64,000 nucleotides of DNA, from positions 17,670,001 to 17,734,000 of the forward strand of contig OX597834.1 of NCBI GenBank assembly GCA_951406725.2, read 5' to 3'. The notes below the pieces were generated by a model. It did not search any database, had not been told where the DNA came from, and worked only from the letters and a program-made list of their open reading frames with translations. This DNA comes from Octopus vulgaris. Lineage: Eukaryota. The translations under genes and the position numbers were made by a program. Positions 25,064-36,869 of this stretch are shown piece by piece; position 1 is the stretch's first letter; every line of letters begins with the position of its first letter.

Positions 25064-26254
25064 GTAAGTGCAGTTATATATATATATATTTTCTTATTTT
25101 GTATGCTTATTTTCTTGTTTTTCAGTATAATTTAAGAGTAGTACATATTAGCTGAAACCGAGGAGCATGTTTTTTGCTTGTTTGTTTGTTTTTTCTATTC
25201 CTCATTTGCGTTCTGAGTTCGAATTTGGCGGGGACAGAATCAATGAAATAAATAGCAATAGTAAGATCTTTTGACCCTTGGTTTCTGTTTCCAAAACAAT
25301 CGATAATTATTACAATTTATTACCAGGTTGGTGAAGACAGCTGAAGGGAATATATTAAAGCTGACTCAATGTGTAACTATTTAGATTATTTCTTATACAT
25401 GCTCAGTTTAAGTCACGTCAATCGATAATATAAGTACATCAGTAATATGTTGCAGTCGATGCAGTCAACGGTTCTCCATGTGCTAAGTTAACTCTACCTT
25501 GTAAGAAGAAGAAGAAAAAAAATGAAAACAATAAATATCTGTTTGCAACATTGTCTGTGTGAAGTTTGATTCTACGAAACACCTGTCTCTTGAAATGTTT
25601 TTCTTTTTCTTTTTCATTATTTCCTTAAAGGAAAATAAAAGCTACCCACCATGTCGTCTATTTATGTGAGACTCTGCTTAATGCTACTCCGTCAGGTCAA
25701 TATATTTGTTGTGTGGTGCTCTTACTTTTAAATTATCTTTTATACTTTTTCTGCAGCTAATGTTTTTCTTTATTTTTTTTCTACGAATTACTGGGATCAA
25801 TAAAGTCGATGTTTATCATCTTGAATAGATCTATGTTCAAAGGCATTCCGGTCGGAGCTATCACGCACATCTTTTAGTTTTCTTGACATAGTATTATATT
25901 TAAGACCAAATATTCTAACAGGCCGAATTATCACGTAACGGCCTCCTCGTTGACTCGGTTTATTATTGTTAGTTCCTGCATTAAGCCGACGAGTGACCGG
26001 CGCTGGTCTTTTTCTGATAGTTTTTTTCTCTCTCTTTCTCTCTAGAAGAATTGAACAGTGGGCAGTTGTTGCTGTTTACACTGTTGAATTATGCGGTCCA
26101 TGTTACCTAGCTAAGTGAACTCAACCGTTAAGAGTTGTCTTGATTACAGATACATGCATTGCCAATGACCAGATACAAATCACCCATTTGCTCAGCAGCC
26201 AAATAACACGGAAATCTGTGCAGTCCCTTTATTTCATCAATATTGATTTTTAAC

Positions 26255-26680
26255 ACTGACACAAGACAACATATTTTTAGGGGAGGGTATAATCGATAAA
26301 ACCAACCCCCAATATTTCATTGTTATATTTCATCGACCGTAGACGGATGAAGGGCAAAGTTCACCCATGTAGAATTTCAGCTCAGAATGCAATGTACCGT
26401 AACAAAATTCCGAAAGACATCATGTCAAGGCTCTATTGATTTTGCTAATTGCTCACACTATTTTTTATTCGAATATTATCGTTAATGATAGGAGTGAAGT
26501 ATCGGTAGAAAGCTGGACAAAATACCGTGTAGCATTTATTTACGCCTCTTTACGTTCTATATTCAAGTCCTGCTGAGGTCGACGCTTACTTTCACCCCTC
26601 CAGGATCGATAAAATAAGTACTAGCATAGTGCAGGGTGTCGATATAATTGTCTCTGCCCTCTCCTTAGGCTTGTATCAGT
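26255..26680. mobile_element. Two divergent Meta/MESC-like SINE copies (about 26255-26460 minus, 26490-26680 plus)
   Basis: ggatgaagggcaaagttcacc on one strand and gtcgacgcttactttcacccctccaggatcgataaaataagtac on the other. Confidence 0.7.
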
Positions 26681-26706
26681 GTTACTTCTATTTGTTTATT
26701 GATATG

Positions 26707-26850
26707 CAGGCTTTAGTGCCTGGGTGTGCTTCAGAATATTCTGGGTTGGCATTAATTTGTAATAATGCTAAAGTGGAGTAAATCTGAGGGTGCACCATTG
26801 AATGGTGAGGAGACAGCGCCGTCCAGTGCATCCCCTTACCGACGGACATG
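26707..26850 (-). mobile_element. hAT-like MITE with 8-bp TSD
   Basis: Flanked by ttgatatg at 26699-26706 and 26851-26858; homologous to 8888-9049. Confidence 0.8.
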
Positions 26851-27753
26851 TTGATATGGCAACCCTAACACTAATTAGGGGTGTTCTTGGACACTTTCAA
26901 TGGCTCCACTGAGTTAACACATGCCGTTTGTTTACATTTTATTCCTTGCTAACCAATTTCCGACTACCTTAGAAGCAACTGAATCTTTAAATATGATACA
27001 GTTTATAAAATATGTCCATGTGTAATGAACATATTCATGAATCTCTCACTCATTCACTCACTCGACCTCATACATATTCATTCAGTTGCTGGCTACAGCC
27101 CCTTTTGATTTCCTGGTTGTGTTGGTATTTCACTTCACCTAGGCCGCTAATGTTCCTGGGAGAGACTGCAGCATCCTACCTTTCAGCTACTTTTTAACCA
27201 CTCAGCATAATAACGCAGGGAAAAAGGAATAGTTCATACTGAAATTACAAGCATTTGATTCAATTTTTATTTTTATGTCAGCATATATATATATATATAT
27301 GTATGTAAAATTTGTAAGGTTGTATGTAGACGCAAGAGAGTGTTTGATATTGTACAGTTGTGCTTGTGTTTTGGCGTTGCCTTTAGTGTTAAATGAAGAG
27401 CTGCAAAACAGTAAGGGGCCGAACTAAATGTTTTGCAGTAGCTAGTTATATCCCTAAACGTTTTGATGGCAGGGGTTGGATTTTTGTCCGCCGTCCTTGC
27501 AGGGCCAATTAAATATATTACCAGTCAAGTATCAACTGCAACCCCATCCTCAACTAAATTACGACCATTTGCCAATGTACGAGGTGATTACTGCGTCTTA
27601 TAAGGCATATTTTGTTGCTGTTAATACCTATTTATTGTTGCAACAGTTATTGATGACGATTTGTCAATGTTCTGAAGTCGGTCTTTTTGATTTGCTCATT
27701 CGGTCGTTCTTATAAGTTGCGAGGCTTATTTAGATGTTTTTAATGACGATGCT

Positions 27754-27788
27754 TATTATCATTATTATTATTATTATTGTTATTATTA

Positions 27789-27841
<53 letters not shown>

Positions 27842-27842
27842 G
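27754..27842. repeat. (TTA)n microsatellite
   Basis: Directly visible. Confidence 0.95.
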
Positions 27843-28370
27843 TGCATGATGCTGTTTAATGTTCAGCTGTCGGATTTCAAAATGTCTGTCGGTTGTGACG
27901 TAAATAATCAACTGGGGAACAATGCGCCTTTAGTGACTGTAATTCGGTGATAGTAATCTGAAAGATTAGAGATATATATATATATGTATACATACATACA
28001 TACACACAGGCGCGCGCGCACGCACACACACGTGTCGGGGTGTGATACAAAAAGAAAAAAAAACAATTTTGGAATCGTTATCTCTTTAATGCATGCTGAT
28101 ACCTTTTATATTCCTTGTATATAAGGTCTATTTTCAGAAAATTAACCCAGAAATAGGAGTCAAGATAAATAGAAATTTTTTGCTTTATTTCGTTATTTTT
28201 CTTTTAAATACAGCAATAAATGTCTGATAAACGAGAAACTTCTACAAAACCATTTAGAGATTTAAAATATTTATATCTCTTTTAACGTAAAAGTATGCAT
28301 AAAGTCATTGCTCTTTTTGCTTCTCCTTTGCATGTTTTGACCAGAATTCCTACAGTAGTCTAATATCATT

Positions 28371-28900
28371 ACAGGTTGATAATCCGATATCCAAGGTCTC
28401 TAAACTCTGAAAGATTTTTCGATGAAAGAAGCTCCACAAACTGAAAAAAATCCAGTAAAAATTTGAAATGTTTACGGGTGATGTACAGCTGTTGCGGGCC
28501 ACTTGTCGAGCTGTCAGCTGTTAAGAGTGACCTTTGCTGCTCTGGGCTGGGCTTTCCCAGTTTAGCCTAGTTTGTTGGTATCGGTTTGTTGTCAGCAGAC
28601 GTCATAACAACATCTTCGTGCTTGCATTAATTACCAAGTGTGCAGTGCTACACTTGGTGTTGAAAATGCTAAAAAAATGCCTGCATATATCATTATGAGT
28701 AATTATGCAGGTAAAAAAGGGAAACCTTGTCAATACCTTAGAAAATTAAGTTGCTGGAAAATCTCAGCAGCTGTGTAAACGTGATCGAGAAGTTTAGTTT
28801 TGAAATGACCCCTTAAAAGGCAGAAAGCCAAAGTATCGAAGTTCTATATTGAAATGATTAGCTGAAAATTTGAAATATGTTGCATAGAGAAAATTTGATG
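28371..28900 (+). mobile_element. Tigger/pogo element 5' part, degenerate
   Basis: Begins ta-caggttgataatccgatatccaa (Tigger/MER2-like TIR). Decayed KKPA.I.MSN...KK..L..KIKLLENL and KRQKAKVSKFY parallel the copy at 40.3 kb. Confidence 0.65.
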
Positions 28901-29149
28901 ATCTTAGATCATGTATTGATATAGTAAATCCGTTTACTTATTGAAGGACCCGAGCAGTGTGAATTCACCACAGGGAAAGAAATCTTGGCAGCATATAAAA
29001 TTCAATAGAACCTACTACAGCTTATAAGCTGGTACCACTTAAAGAATAATTTGATTTTATCTTCACATAAAAACTCATGTTAGTGAAGGTACTGTTACCC
29101 GTAAGGTAGTCCAACTAAGCAGTTTCCAACAACAGTAAGAGTCATTCAG

Positions 29150-29537
29150 TGGAGGCGCAATGGCCCAGTGGTTAGGGCAGCGGATTCGCGGTCGTAGGAT
29201 CGCGGTTTCGATTCCCAGACCGGGCGTTGTGAGTGTTTATTGAGCGAAAACACCTAAAAGCTCCACGAGGCTCCAGCAGGGGATGGTGGTGATCTCTGCT
29301 GTACTCTTTCACCACAACTTTCTCTCAATCTTACTTCCTGTTTCTGTTGTACCTGTACTTCAGAGGGCCGGCCTTGTCACTCTCTGTGTCACGCTGAATA
29401 TCCCCGAGAACTACGTTAAGGGTACACGTGTCTGTGGAGTGCTCAGCCACTTACACGTTAATTTTACGAGCAGGCTGTTCCGTTGATTCGGATCAACCGG
29501 AACCTTCATCGTCGTAACCGAAGGAGTGCTTCCATCC
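29150..29537 (+). mobile_element. Full-length tRNA-derived SINE (octopus OK/OR type) with 13-bp TSD
   Basis: A-box tggcccagtggtt and B-box ggtttcgattcc; TSD aagagtcattcag at 29137-29149 and 29538-29550. Confidence 0.92.
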
Positions 29538-30006
29538 AAGAGTCATTCAGATTATATCCTTAGGCAAAGCCTTGAGCTTGTCCAAGACAAGTGCTTAACC
29601 ATCAAGTAGAAGTGATCAAAACATCAGCAGCGTGTGTCTCTCTAACCTTGACTATGTCAACAGTCTTTTCCTTAAGTCACATCAGTTTTGCAATGCACAA
29701 AATTCTCTTGGGAATGCTACAGTCAAAATTGGTCTGTTCCTTGAAGCAAAGAAGACTGAATAGAGGAACATCATTGGTACTAACTGTAAAAAAAAAACTT
29801 TCTCAATATGGAAGGGACAAACCTGGAGTGCCTGCAAAAAGCTTCACAACTGCTGGCAGTTAAGTGTTTCAAAGCCAATATGACTCGATAAAATAAGCAC
29901 CAGACTTTAAAAAAAAGTACTGGGGTCGATTCATTTGACTAAAAGATTCCTCAAGGTAGTGCTGCAGCATGGCGCAGTCAAATGACTGAAACATGTAAGA
30001 GACAAA

Positions 30007-30050
<44 letters not shown>

Positions 30051-30287
30051 TGTGTGTCCATAAATTACCTTTATAATTTGAGAAATTCAGAAAAGGAAGA
30101 AAAGAAAATAAATAACTGTAACTTCGCAGTGTTTATTGGAAAAGAGGCAAACGGATAGTTTTATTAGAAACGTCAGAACACTTCCTCGTGGGCCCCAGTG
30201 GTTGCATGCAACCTGCTGAGTTGTCTTTTTTTCCCTCTGAATTATTCAAATAAGTAAAAGTAATTTATGGACACCATGTGTATATAA

Positions 30288-30505
30288 AGGGGGTGCAAAA
30301 AAGTTCCGGACTTTGGGTAAAACAAAATACAGGAGTATCAGTTAATTGTGATTTTATTCAACATATCTCCCTCTCAGATTCACACACTTATTGCAGCGAC
30401 TCTTCAGTATATTTCTAAGCCCTGTAAAAGAACTTCGAAGGTTGAACCTCCAGCCACGCCTTTCGTGATACGCTTAAAGCCAGGAACTTTTCAGTACCTT
30501 CCTCT
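30288..30505. mobile_element. mariner-derived MITE
   Basis: TIRs agggggtgcaaaaaagttccggacttt / aaagccaggaacttttcagtaccttcct. The interior resembles a decayed transposase C-terminus on the minus strand. Confidence 0.75.
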
Positions 30506-31819
30506 GTGTGTGTATGTTTGTGTATAAATGTGTATACATATACACACGTACTATATGCGTGTATATATGTGTGTGTGTGTGTCGGAAGTTTTAAAACCTG
30601 ACCGTTTCATTTGTGCGTACGTGAGTGTATACCAAATTACAACTGAGTATACGACACTTGAAGCTATCAACACCAGAGAGAAGTCTCGTGATCGAACAAC
30701 CAGCTCGAAATAGTAGCCAATTCTCACTCTGACCATATTTGTCAGACTTCTTATGTAAACAATTTATTTTTAATATTTGAGGTTTTGAAACCTCCCTTTT
30801 CTTCAATTGTGGAAAAACATGTACCAACAAAATAAGTAACCATTAGCACTGTTGTTTTATGGACAAATAACAGTCCCTACCCCTAGGATTTTAGGGAAAA
30901 TTTGTGCCCCCAATGCTTTATCAATGAGAAGACAAATTAGATTTTTCAGTCATATAATTCTTCTTTCTTCCGCATGGTATCCGTAACGTTTTTCGTTACT
31001 CATAGGTCCATCATGAAAGAAGGCTGTCCTCACCTATATGAAATACTGTGTTTGCACACTGTAAACTTTCACTAGTGTATTTCCCAAGCTTCCTTTATCC
31101 CAGCATGGGAGGAAACGAGGAGGAGGATGAGGATTAAAACCTTAGAATCATTTCCGGATTTCAAAACGTACACTTATGCAAAAAAAAAAAAAAAAATCGA
31201 AAACAAAGAATTTGGTGGAGTAGAGGGAATCAGATATTGGAACTCTGGAAAGTTTATTTATTTATTTATTTTAATGTAAAATCGTTATCTCCGTTGTTGA
31301 AAATGTATTAACATCGTAGAAATTTCTTTTGGTGGGCAGAGGTGGAATTTTAGGGGTATGCCCGACGCATCTGCTTTTTCAGTTTTGGTTTCCTTTTAGA
31401 ACTTCATTTTTTTTTTTTGCAATTGTATCATGTTATGATGGAGGCCAGTATTTCGGAAGAAGCGCGCCACTTAGTCGGTAGTGACTTTTTTTTGTATTAT
31501 ATTTAAAATTTATTTTTTATTCAATTAGAAAATATTGTTGCGTTTCCGCAGCATCAGCATAACTCTTATTTCTCGCATCCGCACAATCAGTTAAATTCCA
31601 TTGTTTTTCAAATTAAGAAAATTTCTATTACATAAAGTAACACACACACACACACACACACACCGCACGTGCGTAATTTGTAATTGAATAAAGTGACGAC
31701 AAAGTCAAAGAAATAGAAAGTAAAGCTCCAGCATTCAATCCAGTGTCGTCTTAGCAATTTTATAGGATCCCGGGCAAATCAATGTAGAAAAAGAAAAGAA
31801 CGTAGTTAAGAAAGATCCT

Positions 31820-32083
31820 TCGAGAGTTGCTGAAGCATGGAACAAACTGCCGGTATCAGTTGTTAGTTGTCGGAGCACTGCATCCTTCAAAACTTCCATG
31901 CTTTCTGAGATTCGCCAACACTACACCTGATTTTCTCCCCTCCATACACACGCAAGCATGTATCTGACTTGTACACTGTTCGCTTTCCAGACATTTGTAC
32001 ATTACTGCATATACTTTGTATGCACTTTTAGACAAGTTGTGGTGCACCTGAGCACTGTATACTATAATTTCATTATTATTATT
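31820..32083 (+). mobile_element. CR1/L2-type LINE 3' end
   Basis: RVAEAWNKLPVSVVSCRSTASFKTSMLSEIRQHYT* matches RV...WN.LP..VV...S...FK, followed by a short UTR and an (ATT)n tail. Confidence 0.85.
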
Positions 32084-32091
32084 TTAAATTG

Positions 32092-32585
32092 TCAAGATTG
32101 TAGTAGAAAAAGGCATCCATCCTTTGTGTTACGATTAAATCAGTTAAACCGAAGATCTTCAACTTTTATCTAAAGTACCAAGCATTACTAAAATCTGTGA
32201 AAAATAGAAAAATATGCCATCGTTTCAAACAAAGTGTAATGTGTTGAAAAACAACGCAACAAAAGATTTATTTGACATTTTCTGTTGCAAGTGCAACTCC
32301 TTTAAAAAAAACTGCAGTTGTAGTAAAGACAAAAAAGTACCACAGAGAGAACAAGATTTTTTTACAGGATCAACGGACAAATCGGAAAATGATCATTGGC
32401 GAAATAGATCAAGCAGTATCTAAATAGAACGTTCAGAGGTTGATTAGAAAAATCGGCCAGATCACAGTCGCCCTTCTATGGCAGTAAAGGAAAGTTTAAG
32501 ATTTTCGGTTTAACTGATTCAATCGTAATACAAGGGATGGATGCCTTTTGCCAAAGAAGAATTATCTTTCCTGCCACAATCTTGA
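32092..32585 (+). mobile_element. Inverted-repeat-bounded segment carrying a Cys-rich transposase-like fragment
   Basis: Inverted repeat of about 80 bp (32092-32168 / 32491-32585). The interior reads LFDIFCCKCNSFKKNCSCSKDKKVPQREQDF, then after a frameshift LQDQRTNRKMIIGEID. Confidence 0.6.
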
Positions 32586-33462
32586 GAAATTGTTTAATTT
32601 ATTTGAATGTGTGTGTAATTTAGACCTCGGTGAAATTATTATTAGAAATAATAAAAGAAAAGTCTATTTCACATAATTTCGAAATTTCAAGTATGTTACG
32701 GAGTCTGAAGATATATATTTTAGAGCTTGAGATTTTAACACTCTTATTTTTAAAGATTTCGCAAAAAAAAAAAAAAAAAAATTCTTGAAAACATATTTCG
32801 AAAATCTGTGTGAAAAGTACCTTTTTTCGCTCCACCCTAATGAGCAACCCATAGAGACTAACGAGCCGTATGAGACATGACTCATCACCAGGAGGGTTGC
32901 ACAAGTAAGAAGAAGAAGAAAAAAAAAAGGTAATTTTTCGTTGGCGTGCTATTTAGGAAGTCCTGGGGGCCGGAATTGACTCATGACTGGATTAGACATT
33001 ACAACCTTAAGTGAACGTTTTATTTTACTTTCTAGATTTAATAGAAAATACATTAATGAATTAATACATTTAAAGAATTACAAATAAATCATTGTCTTTT
33101 AGACAAAATATTTAACAAATAAATCATTCGGAATTTGACGAAAAATCATATATTCTGCTTTATTTTAATATCGTTTTTAGTGATTTCATTTTTTTTTACG
33201 TTGTTCATTTGTAATTGTTGTTGATGAGAATCTGGATATTATTTCGGTTGCGTGTTGTTCCCATATAAAACCAAATTAACAGAAAAATTCCTGTAGTAAT
33301 TTCATAACACTGCATAAGCATTTGAACATAATTTATTGTGTTGCATTAGTATGAAAAGATGTTCATGCATTATATTTTATGGAAACAGTAAGGAGTAAAT
33401 ATAATATGACATGCAAGGAAAATGTCTGTTCGAAGTTTGACACTTGGGCTAGTTATGACATA

Positions 33463-33621
33463 TTAACACATAAAGCGCGACAGGCTACGATCGTGGCCGT
33501 CAGACTCAGGTCGACAGGCCACGATCGTGGTCCAGATAGATGCATTTAATTTATCAGAGTTTGTTGGGGTCTAAATGTCACTCAAACGCTCCGAAAGCCC
33601 CCCAGAATGCAAAAGGGCTAA
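33463..33621. mobile_element. Possible piggyBac-type MITE
   Basis: Ends ttaacac... / ...aaaagggctaa, with two internal direct copies of the palindromic unit cgacaggc(c/t)acgatcgtgg. Confidence 0.4.
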
Positions 33622-34311
33622 TAGTTCAACTAATGACTTTTCAGATAATGTAAAACTTCCAACCATTATATACTAAGAAGATATAACTATTTACTGTTTT
33701 GTATGTGTGCATGGTAGTCTCATGTTCATAAAATGTGCTCAGCAGTCTATGCTATGTAAGTGCAAATCCCAGCGCTTTATTTGTTAAGCAAATATAAAGA
33801 TGCCGTGTTATGTCTTCTTCGATATCTTCGAATGAATATGCAGCCATTAGAAGAGAGTGTAATTTGAAGCTCGGCCCAAGACACTCTAAACTTGGCGAGA
33901 GTGGAGATTGTCATACAGGCTCGGACACGTCTCGACATTCTGTGATATTGGTGTCTTTATTGACTGTTTTTATAGGCTTTGTTCACGGAAAGTTCCAAAT
34001 AGGCTACAAAATTATCACGTGAACCACAGCCGTTCATTGGATAAGATCTCGAATACGCACATCAAACCGTGATTGAATTGTGATTTGGGATCTTATCAGT
34101 TTGGCTGTCAGCATCAATTCGAACAGAATTGATTTCATATTCAGTGTAATGATACACTGATATAGGCTAATTAATGACGTGAAAATAAAGTTCACTATAA
34201 ATCAATAAATAAAGAGTTATTGGCAATTGAAGTTTAAAAATTTTGGTAATTTTAGCAATTTTCGATAGTAAGAAGCGGAACATGAGAACTCTTTTGTCTC
34301 TCAACGTGCCT

Positions 34312-34377
34312 GTTGTCATAGTAACAAGCGAATCCGAGCAGCCATTGAAAAGTCTTTTATCTGCCAGGAAGCACGTG
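34312..34377. promoter_or_regulatory. Motif cluster: RFX X-box, ETS-like site and E-box
   Basis: GTTGTCATAGTAAC (34312-34325), CAGGAAG (34365-34371) and CACGTG (34372-34377) in unique CpG-retaining DNA. Confidence 0.35.
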
Positions 34378-34476
34378 TTGACAAATTTGACGCTGTGTTC
34401 TGTGTGATTATGGCAGCAAGTTCCAGTAACTTTGCTTCTATTATGGAAACATTGAAAACAGAGGAGAATATTTAAA

Positions 34477-35658
34477 GGGTCTTTTCCTTTTGATGGACGG
34501 AATTTCTAGTTAACTAAACAATTTGAAACTTCGTATACTGGTAGAATGTGTCAAAAGAAAACATTAGTTTCACTTGGCTTTTTTGAGAAAATTGTAATTT
34601 TTAAGTTTAACGTAGTTTAATTCTTCGAATTTTAACCAATGAAATGCCAGCATTTGAGCTATAAACAAACGAGGAGACGCACACACACACACACATATAT
34701 TCAGATACATACACACGTACACTTGCACACACACACACACACACACTCTCTCTCTCTCTCTCAAACACATGCATATACATTTGCACAAGCACATAGTAAT
34801 TAATATATAAGCGTACACACACATACAAACGGAGATATACATACACACAAGCATACATACACGTTCGTGAGTTCGCACTGGTGTCGATAGAATCGACTTA
34901 ATAGTTTTGTATCTCATGCTTTGTCCCCTCTGTGTTTTGCCCCTTGCCGCAACAAATTTATTCAAAAGGTAAATAAACCAGAAGGGGTGGGGGTCAATGT
35001 TTCATGTTTCGGGGTCGATAAATTAAGTACCAATTACGCACTGGTGTCGAGGATTTTTCCCCAATTTATATCACAGCCTCCGACAAGCTGGGGCATCCTT
35101 TTATGAAAAAATATTTCGCAAATTTTTACAATACGACCCACACTCCACGCGCACCCTCTAGACCGATTTAGGCATATTATTGTTTTGTTTTTGTTGTTTT
35201 TGGGCCCTTCAAAACCATGGGAAAAGCCTTTTCGTTAAAAAAGAATAAAGAAAATATTCAAAAAATATCGTTAATATTTTTATTGGGCGACGAAATTCAT
35301 CGATTTAAGAGATATGGCTGTTATTTCTAGCACATGCCTCCTCCTTTGTTTATCAATATCGATGAGCGAGACAGACAGAAGAGAGAAGGATGAATAACAC
35401 GTGTGTGTGTGTGTGTGTACTGTTTACGTTGCAACAGGATGTTGTCTGAGTTTTTAGACGCAGCAAATGATTTGAGCTCAAATGCTGGCATTTCATTGGT
35501 TAAAATTCAAAGAATTAAACTACGTTAAACTTACAAATTACAATTTTCTCAAAAAAGCCAAGTGAAAATAATGTTTTCTTTTGACACATTCTACCAGTAT
35601 ACGAAGTTTCAAATTGTTTAGTTAACTAGAAATTCCGTCCACCAAAAGGAAAAGATCC
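34477..35658. mobile_element. Non-autonomous DNA transposon with TIRs of about 184 bp and an 8-bp TSD (Merlin- or MULE-like)
   Basis: 34477-34660 is a near-perfect reverse complement of about 35475-35658. TIRs start with GG; TSD tatttaaa at 34469-34476 and 35659-35666. Confidence 0.92.
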
Positions 35659-36026
35659 TATTTAAAAAATTAAAACCGAAAGTTAAGCGTTTGTTTTTTA
35701 ATGCTTAAATGTTTGTTTTTTAAGCATATTTTGTTCACTCGTATTTTCATATATAACACCTGAACATGTACATCTTTTGGAACATTGTCATCGCATATAA
35801 CGTGTTGTAAATGCATATTGAATGTTTACTCGTTTCTTTTTATCATTGAGTATTGATTGAGGTGGTTGTGTTGTGTGCTAAAAAATAACAGCTCAATAAG
35901 ATTTTTTGGATAAATCTTTTAAATTAACAAACATCTATTTACATGAAAAAAAAAAATTACCGGAGACATAACTCGTGTTCTTTACAAATATTGATACCAC
36001 GTGCTATTTTCAGGATATTGACGACA

Positions 36027-36038
36027 CAAAATGGCGGC
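36027..36038 (+). promoter_or_regulatory. Consensus YY1 site
   Basis: CAAAATGGCGGC is an exact match. A strong donor GG|GTAAGT lies about 120 bp downstream. Confidence 0.4.
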
Positions 36039-36828
36039 AATTTCCAAATCTCGTTTCTTGACTGGGTGAAAAGTATCAAAGTTTAAACCTCTCTAACTTT
36101 TTTTAAAACATTTTTCTGGAAAAAAAAATTAAGTAACTCCAGCAGTTCAGTTTGGGTAAGTGTATTACTGTGCCAAATTTTAAAATTTTCAGTAAACTTT
36201 AATCTTTGAAATGCTGGCAGCCAAACCGTGATTTGAAAACAAAACAGGAGTTCAAATCCAATGCCACACATTGACTTTATTCAATTACAAATTGCTTTTA
36301 TTCATGTGTCCGTGTGTCTGATTCGTGTTATCGAGCATTCGGAGTTTACCGTTCAAAATAGAAATTTTTCAAATTGAAAAATAATCTGTTAATTACCCAA
36401 CCTCCATTTTCGACTTCGAAAATCATTTTTGATTTTCTCTCTCTCTCTCTATTTTTTTTTTTTTTCGGAATCGAAATATCTGATTCAAACGTTACAAACG
36501 GAGGGTGGGATTTAAACGACGTTTTGAATATTTTTCGAGAATCGTTACCTTTCAGGTTTAAAACGTATTTTCGCAAAATGAAAAAAAAATAAAAAAATGA
36601 AAATACTATTTAGAAGACAAATAAATTAAAAAGTTACGGCTGGTTAAGTAGTGCGCTTCTACTGAAACTCCGCCTGTTTGCGTATCTCTTTATTTTCATA
36701 TATTCTCTCGTCCATTTAATACCCGCCGTTTGTTTTTCTTTTATTGATATTTAATCTTTTCCTATGTTGGTATATCGTTTCAACATTTTGTTTACTGCTT
36801 ACATGTCTGATAATAAATATAAATCTTT

Positions 36829-36869
<41 letters not shown>

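Noticed and set aside
25921-26005. HDV-like ribozyme resemblance (GGCCGA...GCC-TCCTCGT-TGAC-TCGGTT)
   Set aside because: P3 has a mismatch, the GG needed for P1.1 is missing and no P2 partner is present. A simple imperfect hairpin explains it equally well.
26850-26863. X-box-like GTTGATATGGCAAC
   Set aside because: It is largely created by the MITE end and its TSD (ttgatatg), with no other promoter support.
29150-29225. tRNA gene
   Set aside because: The tRNA-like head continues into a SINE body with a TSD, and there is no proper acceptor stem or terminator.
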